This document shows, one piece after another, positions 17,236-25,077 of a DNA stretch of 64,000 bases. The notes under the pieces were generated by a model. The model was given only the letters and a program-made list of their open reading frames with translations, did no database searches and was not told the DNA's origin. The position numbers were made by a program, and so were the translations under genes. The DNA is from a virus (lineage: Duplodnaviria; Heunggongvirae; Uroviricota; Caudoviricetes; Crassvirales). Position 1 is the first letter of the stretch; each line of letters begins with the position of its first letter. The stretch lies in IMG/VR virus record IMGVR_UViG_3300029521_000003; one strand, written 5' to 3'.

Positions 17236-18038
17236 TGGCAATAAATGTACAATTGAACAGGCAACTTCATGATATATTCCTGAATGGTGGTAGTCTTCAA
17301 GAACCTGGCTACATTAAGCCACATCTTGCATTTGAAAATAATAATGTATTCAATCTGCATTTGAAAGTAGATATTAGTGGACCGGAGATTGATGTTCCAT
17401 TGATGTGCAAGACCCAAGTTGAGAATGCACTATCTAATAACCAGACCAGTGGCTTCAATATAAAGGAGGTAGCTGTTGCATTATTTAGCAATAACTATCC
17501 TGTAGAGAGGAGAACTGCAAATTCAATCTTCAAGTTATTCCAGATAAGTGATACAAGAGACAGGCTTGTTAAGGTTACAACCAATAATGGTGAGATATAT
17601 TATGGTGGTAATGGTTACATTCTTGATAAAGACTATAACTTATTAATACTGTACACACTTCATGGAGTTATGGGTGACAGGCTTTTACATTATAAGACTG
17701 GTAGAATCTATGTGAATCCAAAGGTCTTTGTAAGTAATGGTCTGATTGAGAAAGGTATTATTAAGACAGTTATTCCTGCATTTGTGCAGGAGGGTATTAT
17801 GGTAGGGAGCAGTAGGACAGGTATTACTATTCAAGAGATTAATAATCCTATAAGAAATGCAAATGGTCATATTGTTGAATTAACTAAACCAATACCCGAG
17901 ATAGTAGTAATTGATGTGACTGATAGGTTTATAATAAAACCTAAAAAGCCAACTCCTTCTACCTTCAACAATGAGGCTATGAATGACTACCTTCTGGAGC
18001 ATCTTGAAGAAGTTGTGGAAATGACTAAGATAGTATGA
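17235..18038 (+). CDS. hypothetical protein co-transcribed with the E1-like gene
   Basis: TAATGG overlap with the E1 stop codon. 267 aa, no recognisable motif. Confidence 0.45.
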   Translation: MAINVQLNRQLHDIFLNGGSLQEPGYIKPHLAFENNNVFNLHLKVDISGPEIDVPLMCKTQVENALSNNQTSGFNIKEVAVALFSNNYPVERRTANSIFKLFQISDTRDRLVKVTTNNGEIYYGGNGYILDKDYNLLILYTLHGVMGDRLLHYKTGRIYVNPKVFVSNGLIEKGIIKTVIPAFVQEGIMVGSSRTGITIQEINNPIRNANGHIVELTKPIPEIVVIDVTDRFIIKPKKPTPSTFNNEAMNDYLLEHLEEVVEMTKIV

Positions 18039-18700
18039 CATTTGAGGAATATTTTGGTGGATGGGTAAGGGTTATAGATACAAAGGAATTAAATAAGGTA
18101 GTAGGGCAAGTAAGTTTAATTAAAAGAGACTTACTTTGTCCTGCATATCCTGACATATTTAAGGCTTTTAATCTATGCCCTTACAATAATCTCAAAGTTG
18201 TGATGATAGGACAAGACCCATACCCTCAGAAGGGTGTGGCTACTGGTGTCCTGTTTGGTAATAAGGAGGGAACCAAGTTGTCTCCTTCACTTGAAATAGT
18301 TAAAGAGGCTTGCATTGATTTTGAAATTCCACATAATAGTATTATCTTTGACCCCACTTTAGAGAGCTGGGCTAAACAAGGAGTACTTATGATTAATTCT
18401 GCACTGACCTGTGAAGTCAATAAGGTAGGTAGTCACACAATGATGTGGAGACCTTTCATGACTAAGTTATTGAAGAATCTATCAGAGTGGAATAGAGGTA
18501 TTATTTATGTTCTGTTTGGTGAACAAGCTAAGACACTTAAGCCTTATATCAATAAGAATACTAATATAATACTGGAAGAGAAGCATCCTGCATACTATGC
18601 AAGGCAAGAAGAGAGGATGCCATCTACTGTATTTCAAGAAGTGAGCAAACTAACTAAAGAGAAATATGGAGAACCAATTGTGTGGTTCTCAGAGTATTAA
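18035..18700 (+). CDS. uracil-DNA glycosylase (family 1 UNG-like)
   Basis: Water-activating loop VVMIGQDPYP (GQDPY). GVLMINSALTCEV matches the UNG GVLLLNxxLTV motif. Size 221 aa. Confidence 0.65.
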   Translation: MTFEEYFGGWVRVIDTKELNKVVGQVSLIKRDLLCPAYPDIFKAFNLCPYNNLKVVMIGQDPYPQKGVATGVLFGNKEGTKLSPSLEIVKEACIDFEIPHNSIIFDPTLESWAKQGVLMINSALTCEVNKVGSHTMMWRPFMTKLLKNLSEWNRGIIYVLFGEQAKTLKPYINKNTNIILEEKHPAYYARQEERMPSTVFQEVSKLTKEKYGEPIVWFSEY

Positions 18701-18717
18701 TTACAAAAAAAAAAAGT
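18696..18717 (+). promoter_or_regulatory. conserved A-run upstream element (ATTAATTACAAAAAAAAAAAGT, then ATG)
   Basis: Variant with ACA instead of ACT. Overlaps the UDG stop codon. Confidence 0.45.
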
Positions 18718-19269
18718 ATGAAGAAACTTATTTTTGTTGAGACTGGTAAGGAAGTGGAAATGGGCAGAACAATTGCCTTTGGGATGAACAGTGCTTATGG
18801 TTTTATTCCATTTTATACTGCAACTATCTGTGAAGAGAGTATTCCATTTCTTATTGAAGAGGGTGTAATCAAGGAAGTTGAGGAGAAGGTTGAAGAGGAG
18901 GGAACCCATATTGACCCTTATTTCTATATAGAACATCTTGCAAAGAGGATTCATTGGAACAAAGACAATTTACAGAAGTATCTTGCAAACCTTTATACAA
19001 TTTATCCTGCTGCTGTTCTTTCAATTATGTTGAGAGAAATAGCCATTGTTATGGATGAAAAGTATAAGAACCATATTGAGAATAGCAAGGAGATTTATGT
19101 AATCAGCACTCTTAGTGGGGAAATAACAAAGGTCAAGGACTTGGACAGAATCAAGAACTTCAAGAATTTTGCTGCATTCAGGACATTGGATGATGCTCTT
19201 GCAGCTAAACATATCTTGAAAGACCCTATGAAACAAATGTTTAAAAGAGGTGGAAAACAGAAGAATTAG
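18718..19269 (+). CDS. hypothetical protein
   Basis: The track ORF starts at GTG 18682 inside the UDG gene. The A-run element at 18696-18717 sits immediately before ATG 18718 (MKKLIFVE...). Confidence 0.45.
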   Translation: MKKLIFVETGKEVEMGRTIAFGMNSAYGFIPFYTATICEESIPFLIEEGVIKEVEEKVEEEGTHIDPYFYIEHLAKRIHWNKDNLQKYLANLYTIYPAAVLSIMLREIAIVMDEKYKNHIENSKEIYVISTLSGEITKVKDLDRIKNFKNFAAFRTLDDALAAKHILKDPMKQMFKRGGKQKN

Positions 19270-19729
19270 AAATGCTACTCCAGAAGAGTATGGTAATATA
19301 AAGTTTAAATCCAAGATTGAGGCAATGGTCTATAGGACCTTGCTTCAACATGGGTTTGAGCCTGAATATGAAACTCATACTTACACAATCTGGGAAGGAT
19401 TTAGACCTACTGTACCTTTTTACACCCGTAATAAAGCTAAGGCTACAATACTAAACCTTAAGAAGCTAATTAATATTACTTATACCCCAGATTTCTACAT
19501 GGAGTATCAAGGATTAAAGATAATAATTGAAGTCAAAGGTCAGGTCAATGATGTGTTCCCTTACAAATTCAAGATGTTTAGGAAACATATAGAAGATTTG
19601 CCAGATAGAGAAAATTATCTTATCTTTGAGGTCTTTACTAAGAAACAACTCTTAGAATTTATTCAAATTATTAAAGATGTTAGCAGTAGAAAGAATGAGG
19701 AAATTGCTCTACAGTTTACCAAAGAGTGA
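19250..19729 (+). CDS. T7 endonuclease I-like Holliday-junction resolvase (PD-(D/E)xK)
   Basis: ITYTPDFYMEYQGLKIIIEVKG matches T7 gp3 YTPDFLLPNGIFVETKG (catalytic D...E.K). N-terminal KSKIEAMVYRTLLQHGFEPEYE aligns with gp3 SGLEDKVSKQLESKGIKFEYE. The GTG start at 19250 is needed to include the catalytic Glu. Confidence 0.55.
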   Translation: MENRRIRNATPEEYGNIKFKSKIEAMVYRTLLQHGFEPEYETHTYTIWEGFRPTVPFYTRNKAKATILNLKKLINITYTPDFYMEYQGLKIIIEVKGQVNDVFPYKFKMFRKHIEDLPDRENYLIFEVFTKKQLLEFIQIIKDVSSRKNEEIALQFTKE

Positions 19730-20000
19730 TATAGCTTTAGGTGAACAGTTTATTCAGAGTAGAGATTTTGAGTCACTCAAGGACTTAGTGGATTCAGCAA
19801 TCTACAAGGTTAGGAAGCACAAAGCCAGAAAAGATGAAGAAGGTGGAGTGCCACCTAAACAAGAGTATCTTGATGTGGACTTGACAGAGTTAAGTAATTT
19901 AAAAGCTGAGGTAGATGTGTATTTAACTCAGCTTGAAGTTCCCAGTAATGAATGGGAAGAAGACTTAGAGGATAATTATGATTATGGAGAAGAGTATTAA
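19677..20000 (+). CDS. acidic hypothetical protein
   Basis: 107 aa with an E/D-rich C-terminus. Overlaps the resolvase gene end by about 50 nt. Confidence 0.35.
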   Translation: MLAVERMRKLLYSLPKSDIALGEQFIQSRDFESLKDLVDSAIYKVRKHKARKDEEGGVPPKQEYLDVDLTELSNLKAEVDVYLTQLEVPSNEWEEDLEDNYDYGEEY

Positions 20001-21027
20001 AGAACTATCTTGGAATGTAACAGAGGAAGAATACAGGAAAGACCCTGCAATCAGCTACAGTACATTATCAAGATTTGAAAGGGAAGGTTGGAGAAAGATA
20101 GGTTCGTTATTTGATAAGATAGAGACACCTGCATTACAGTTTGGAAGTGCAGTGGATTGTATGCTTACTGATGGTGAACAGGCTTTCAATGACAGGTTTA
20201 TTGTTTGTGAGTTTCCTAACTTATCAGATAATTTAATTACTATTACAAAGGTACTGTTCTCAAAGTATGGAGATACTCACAGAAGAGTAGACACCATTAA
20301 TGATGATATTATCAGTGATGTGGCTGTTGCCAATAGCTACTATGCAGGGGATTCTTATAGGGCACTCAGAATTAAGAAAGTAAAAGAAAGCTGTAATGAA
20401 TATTATAGTTTACTTGCACTTGCAGGAGAGAAGACTATCTTGTCTCAAAGGGATTATAATGATGTAATGTCTTGTGTAAAGGAGCTTACAAGTAACTCAG
20501 TTACAAAGGATTTCTTCTTTACTGACCCTTGGGATAATAGTATTGAGAAGGTATTTCAGCTCAAATTTAAAGCTGACTGGAATGGAATACCAGTCAGATG
20601 TATGTTTGATGAATTGATTATTGACCATGTAAATAAAGTGATATATCCTATAGACTTGAAGACTACAGGGCATCCAGAGGAGGAATTTGATGGGTCATTT
20701 GCTACATGGAGATATGATATTCAAGCCAAGCTATATACATATATCCTTCAAGAGTGCATTAAGAGAGACCCTTATTTCAGTCAGTTCAAGATTCAGCATT
20801 ATCAATTTGTTGTAATCAATAGAAGGACAATAGCCCCTGTCATTTGGGAATTTCATGGGAACTTTGGTATGGTGGATTTAAAGGATGAAGAAGGTAAGAT
20901 TTATAGGGATTGGAGAAAGATTCTCTCAGACCTTAATTATTATCTTGGTAATCCTAATCTGAAATATAGTAAGGAAGTAATGGAAAATGATTGTATTATG
21001 CAAATAAAGAATTTAGTACCAGCATGA
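19978..21027 (+). CDS. PD-(D/E)xK recombination exonuclease (YqaJ/lambda-Exo-like)
   Basis: Motif FDELIIDHVNKVIYPIDLKTTG (D...[DE]xK core). 349 aa. Confidence 0.5.
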   Translation: MIMEKSIKELSWNVTEEEYRKDPAISYSTLSRFEREGWRKIGSLFDKIETPALQFGSAVDCMLTDGEQAFNDRFIVCEFPNLSDNLITITKVLFSKYGDTHRRVDTINDDIISDVAVANSYYAGDSYRALRIKKVKESCNEYYSLLALAGEKTILSQRDYNDVMSCVKELTSNSVTKDFFFTDPWDNSIEKVFQLKFKADWNGIPVRCMFDELIIDHVNKVIYPIDLKTTGHPEEEFDGSFATWRYDIQAKLYTYILQECIKRDPYFSQFKIQHYQFVVINRRTIAPVIWEFHGNFGMVDLKDEEGKIYRDWRKILSDLNYYLGNPNLKYSKEVMENDCIMQIKNLVPA

Positions 21028-23540
21028 CAGAGTTAGAATATTTTAAAGGTGATGAACTGGCAGCTTCTACTTGGAGAAATAAGTATGCAGCAGAGAAAGA
21101 ACAGACTCCTGATGATACTCACAGAAGACTTGCAAGAGAATTTGCAAGAGTAGAAAGTGACTATCATTGGAAAGCATCAAATAGGATGAAACTATCCAAT
21201 TATGGTTATCAAAGACCTAATCTTGATGAAGAAGCTATCTATCAGTTATTCAAGGACTTCAAGTATATTATACCCGGAGGTTCAGTGATGTCTGGTGCAG
21301 GTACTGGTCAATTGGTTTCATTGTCTAATTGCTTTGTAATAGGCAGTCCTAAAGACAGTTATGCAGAGATAATGAAGACAAGGAGCCAGCAAGCTCAACT
21401 TATGAAGAGAAGGGGTGGAGTAGGGTATGACCTATCTGAACTCAGACCAAGAGGAGCCAAAGTTAATAATGCAGCTAAATCTTCAACAGGTGCAGCATCT
21501 TTCATGGATGTATGTTCAGATATAACCAATGAAGTGGCTCAGAATGGAAGAAGAGGTGCTCTTATGTTAAGCATGAGCATTAATCATCCTGATATTGAGG
21601 AGTTTATAACCAAGAAGCAAGACTTAACTAAGGTAACTGGAGCTAATATATCAGTGAAGGTTACTGATGAGTTTATGCAAGCAGTGATAAAGGATGAGGA
21701 ATATTTTCTTAGGTATCCTGTTAATCTATCTGATAGTTTAATGAGGTTGTATTCCTTAGAGAATTATGAACTGAATAAACTTAATGAGATTAATAGAGGT
21801 TTTGTAAAGAAAGTAAGAGCAAGGGAGTTATGGAATACTCTTATGCACTGTGCCTGGAATACTGCTGAACCGGGGATTATGTTTGAAGGAGTAATGCACA
21901 ACTATTCTCCTGATGGTGTATATCCTGATTTCAAAATGATTGGAACTAATCCTTGTGGAGAGATACCAATGGGTCCATTTGATAGCTGTAGATTGATTCA
22001 TATTAATCTTAGTAGCTATATTATAAACCCATTTACAGATAAGGCTCACATTGATGAGGAACTGCTCTATATGCACTCTTATGAAGCTATGAGATTAGCT
22101 GATGATTTGGTTGATTTGGAGATTGAGGCTGTTGATAGAATTATCAATACAGTTAAGAATGATACTGATGATACTGAGTTCAAGCTATGGAGTAGAATCA
22201 AAGAGACTGCAATTCAGGGAAGAAGAGCTGGTCTTGGATTCACTGGACTTGCTGATGCAATAGCTATGTTAGGCTTAAAGTATGACTCTGATGAAGGTAT
22301 TCAGAAAGTTGAACAACTGATGAAGATTATGTTCAAAGGTCAGCTTGATAGTAACATTGATATGGCTGTTGAGAGAGGTAAATTCCCTGTTTGTAATACA
22401 CCAGTTGAGTTTGAAAATGTAGGATATGAAGGAGGTAATCTGTGGTATAAAAAATTAGCTAAGGATTTTCCATCTGAATGTACAAGAATGCTCAAATATG
22501 GAAGAAGGAATATCAGTTGGTCAACTGTAGCTCCTACTGGAACTGTAAGTATCATGGCTGGTACAAGTAGTGGTATAGAACCTGTATTCATGCCTTTCTA
22601 TCAAAGAAAAAGGAAATGTATGGATTCTAAGGATAGAGTGGATTATGTAGATAAGGTAGGTGAGAAATATACCTTGTTTACTGTAGTTCATCCTAACTTG
22701 AAGAGATGGGCTGTAACTACATTGAATTACAGTGAAGAGGAAGTCAATGATTGGTCTGTTGGAGTATGGCATGAAGTATGGAAAGAAAGTCCTTACTATG
22801 GTTCTACTGCACCAGAGATTGATTGGAGGCAGAGAGTCAAGCTGCAAGGAGTAGTTCAGAAATATATCACTCATAGTATCAGTAGTACAGTTAATCTGGC
22901 TAAGGAAACTACAGAAGAGGAGATTGCTGACATCTATATTGAATCTTGGAAACAAGGATTGAAAGGTATTACCATTTATAGGGATGGTTGTAGAGAAGGT
23001 GTATTAACTAAGGTTGAGAAACCTACAACCATTACTGACAGGCAAGCTCCTAAGAGACCAAAAGAACTTGAAGCTGATGCTTATTTGATTAAAGCAAAAG
23101 GTGAACAGTTTATTATCTTAGTTGGTATGTTAGAGTCTAAACCTTATGAAGTCTTTGCATTCAGACCAAGGAATCCTATCAGCTTTAAACCTCATAAGGG
23201 TGTTATAACTAAAGTAAGTAAGATGCACTATAGCTTTACATCAGATGTCTTTCATATAGACAATCTTGAGTTAGCTAATGAAAATGTTGAAGAGAATGCA
23301 GCTACTTTATATTCATCTATGTTGTTAAGGCATGGAGTGGATATTAAGTATATTGTCAAGACTGCAAAGAAGGTTAATGACAATATTACTTCATTCAGTT
23401 CAGCCATGTGTAGAGTGCTTAGTAAATATATCCCCAATGAAGAAATCAAGGGAGAAGTATGTCCTGATTGTGGTGGAACTCTTGTAAGAGAAGGTGGTTG
23501 TATTCACTGTAAGGACTGTGGCTATAGTAAATGTTTGTAG
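21024..23540 (+). CDS. nrdJ: ribonucleotide reductase, class II (NrdJ-like, adenosylcobalamin-dependent), with C-terminal Cys-rich zinc finger
   Basis: Active-site finger loop IGTNPCGEIPMG (NxCxE). Second catalytic Cys in DSCRLIHINLS (class II CNLGSINL-like). C-terminus CPDCGG...CIHCKDCGYSKC, a Cys-rich finger that ends without a glycyl-radical domain. The track ORF starts at TTG 20991; first in-frame ATG is 21024 (ATGA overlap). Confidence 0.65.
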   Translation: MTELEYFKGDELAASTWRNKYAAEKEQTPDDTHRRLAREFARVESDYHWKASNRMKLSNYGYQRPNLDEEAIYQLFKDFKYIIPGGSVMSGAGTGQLVSLSNCFVIGSPKDSYAEIMKTRSQQAQLMKRRGGVGYDLSELRPRGAKVNNAAKSSTGAASFMDVCSDITNEVAQNGRRGALMLSMSINHPDIEEFITKKQDLTKVTGANISVKVTDEFMQAVIKDEEYFLRYPVNLSDSLMRLYSLENYELNKLNEINRGFVKKVRARELWNTLMHCAWNTAEPGIMFEGVMHNYSPDGVYPDFKMIGTNPCGEIPMGPFDSCRLIHINLSSYIINPFTDKAHIDEELLYMHSYEAMRLADDLVDLEIEAVDRIINTVKNDTDDTEFKLWSRIKETAIQGRRAGLGFTGLADAIAMLGLKYDSDEGIQKVEQLMKIMFKGQLDSNIDMAVERGKFPVCNTPVEFENVGYEGGNLWYKKLAKDFPSECTRMLKYGRRNISWSTVAPTGTVSIMAGTSSGIEPVFMPFYQRKRKCMDSKDRVDYVDKVGEKYTLFTVVHPNLKRWAVTTLNYSEEEVNDWSVGVWHEVWKESPYYGSTAPEIDWRQRVKLQGVVQKYITHSISSTVNLAKETTEEEIADIYIESWKQGLKGITIYRDGCREGVLTKVEKPTTITDRQAPKRPKELEADAYLIKAKGEQFIILVGMLESKPYEVFAFRPRNPISFKPHKGVITKVSKMHYSFTSDVFHIDNLELANENVEENAATLYSSMLLRHGVDIKYIVKTAKKVNDNITSFSSAMCRVLSKYIPNEEIKGEVCPDCGGTLVREGGCIHCKDCGYSKCL

Positions 23541-23541
23541 T

Positions 23542-23760
23542 ATGAAGATTGAAACTAAATATAGTATGGGAGATGCTGCCTTTGTTATGCACAATAACAG
23601 GGCAGTTCCCATAAAAATCATGGGAGTATATTATTCTCTTGATGTATATAAAGGTGAGCATATTACTTATGCAAGTGATATAGTAGTTGCTGGTGGTCCA
23701 ATCAGGTTTGAGGAAAAGTATGTGTTTAAAACCAAAGAAGATTTGTTGAAATCATTATGA
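23542..23760 (+). CDS. hypothetical protein
   Basis: The track ORF starts at GTG 23494 inside the RNR gene. First in-frame ATG after the RNR stop is 23542 (MKIETKYS...). Confidence 0.35.
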   Translation: MKIETKYSMGDAAFVMHNNRAVPIKIMGVYYSLDVYKGEHITYASDIVVAGGPIRFEEKYVFKTKEDLLKSL

Positions 23761-24224
23761 AAATAAAAGTAAAAGAGATAACAAGTGGATGTTTTCCTGT
23801 AAGGACAGGAGAGGATAAATCAGATTGTTTTGACTTATGTCTGGCAGAAGATGTAACCTTGAAGAAAGGTGAAGTCTATGTTGCAAAATTAGGTATTGCA
23901 ACTGAACTTCCTAAGGGAATTGTAGCTAAAGTTTATAGCAGAAGTAGTGCTCCAAGTAAGTTAGGAGTAACTATTGCTAATGGTCTTGGATTCATTGACA
24001 CCATTTATAATGGTGATACAGATGAATGGAGAGCACCACTATATGCTTTCAAGGCTGTAACTATTCCTAAAGGCACAAGAGTATGTCAATTTGAGGTTAA
24101 ATTATCTCAGTTTGCTACTGTATGGCAGAAATTAAAATGGCTATTATCATCTAAACCACTTCTGGAGCCTGTGGATTTCCTTGGAAATGAAGGTAGGGGT
24201 GGTATTGGTAGCACAGGAAAGTAA
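23757..24224 (+). CDS. dut: dUTP pyrophosphatase (trimeric dUTPase)
   Basis: dUTPase motifs: KVYSRSSAPSK (PRSG-like motif 2), GLGFIDTIYNGD (GxIDxDYRG motif 3), TRVCQFEV (motif 4). 155 aa. Confidence 0.65.
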   Translation: MKIKVKEITSGCFPVRTGEDKSDCFDLCLAEDVTLKKGEVYVAKLGIATELPKGIVAKVYSRSSAPSKLGVTIANGLGFIDTIYNGDTDEWRAPLYAFKAVTIPKGTRVCQFEVKLSQFATVWQKLKWLLSSKPLLEPVDFLGNEGRGGIGSTGK

Positions 24225-24240
24225 TCACTAAAAAAAAAAC
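24223..24240 (+). promoter_or_regulatory. conserved A-run upstream element (AATCACTAAAAAAAAAAC, then ATG)
   Basis: Between the dUTPase gene and the retropepsin-like gene. Confidence 0.5.
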
Positions 24241-24247
24241 ATGAAAC

Positions 24248-24763
24248 ATGGAGTTTGTATGGAAAATTGTAGCAATGATAGTGGTACTGGCTTGTGTAGC
24301 CATTATTGCAGGAGTTGTTAATGTAATAATGAATAGAAGGAAGATAGACCCTAAAGTAGGAAGGATTTCCTTTAAGGAGTCTATGGATTTGGTTGAACTG
24401 CCAATTGTCACATTTATGAATAATGGCAGGAAACTGAATTTCCTTCTTGATACTGGTGCATCTTATTCTTCAATCAATGAGGCTGCTCTAAAAGGGTTAT
24501 CTTATGAAGAGACTGGAGAGAGTGGCTTTGGTATGGGAATTGAGGGTAATATTAAAGAGGACAGAGGTTATGTCAGAATGAATGTTGATTATAGAAGTGC
24601 AAGCTATGAGGATGATTTCCAAGTAGTTGACTTAAGTCAGGCATTTGGTATGATTAAGCAGGAGTATGGTATTAACCTACATGGAATCTTAGGTAGCACT
24701 TTCTTCCAGAAGTATAGGTATGTGCTGAATTTTGATGAATTAGTAGCATATTCAATGGTATGA
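24248..24763 (+). CDS. membrane-anchored retropepsin-like aspartic protease (clan AA)
   Basis: N-terminal TM helix. VTFMNNGRKLNFLLDTGASYSSI with catalytic DTGA at nt 24449-24460. Downstream ILGSTFFQKY matches the retropepsin ILG.DFL flap/dimerisation motif. Confidence 0.55.
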   Translation: MEFVWKIVAMIVVLACVAIIAGVVNVIMNRRKIDPKVGRISFKESMDLVELPIVTFMNNGRKLNFLLDTGASYSSINEAALKGLSYEETGESGFGMGIEGNIKEDRGYVRMNVDYRSASYEDDFQVVDLSQAFGMIKQEYGINLHGILGSTFFQKYRYVLNFDELVAYSMV

Positions 24764-25077
24764 AAGACTTAATAGAGTTAAAATCAAGGTATGAAGAACA
24801 TAATTATCTCAGGAAGTTAGCTAAACCTGATGGCAGTGAATCAAGTACTTATATGTTAAAGACTTCTACATATACTATGAGGAGTGGAATGACAGATAAG
24901 AAGAAAAAGTTCATAGACCCAGCAGGAGGTCCAATGATAGTTGAGGGAGAATATCTTGAGGAAGCTGGGGCAGTAGTTAAATCTATAGACCATGTAATGG
25001 GTCAAGGTTATGCTATTACCTTTGAAGTCACACCAGAGGAAGAGAAAGAGTTGATTGATGCAATAGTGAATATATGA
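24760..25077 (+). CDS. hypothetical protein
   Basis: 105 aa with ATGA overlaps on both sides. Confidence 0.45.
   Translation: MKDLIELKSRYEEHNYLRKLAKPDGSESSTYMLKTSTYTMRSGMTDKKKKFIDPAGGPMIVEGEYLEEAGAVVKSIDHVMGQGYAITFEVTPEEEKELIDAIVNI

Noticed and set aside
20991-23540. RNR as class III (NrdD) because of the C-terminal ...CKDCGY... and the neighbouring NrdG-like radical-SAM gene
   Set aside because: The protein ends 5 residues after the CGY, so there is no room for a glycyl-radical loop or domain. It carries the NPCGE finger with Glu (class I/II chemistry) and a class II-type Cys-rich zinc finger. Class II RNR is the better call, which leaves the radical-SAM gene as an orphan.
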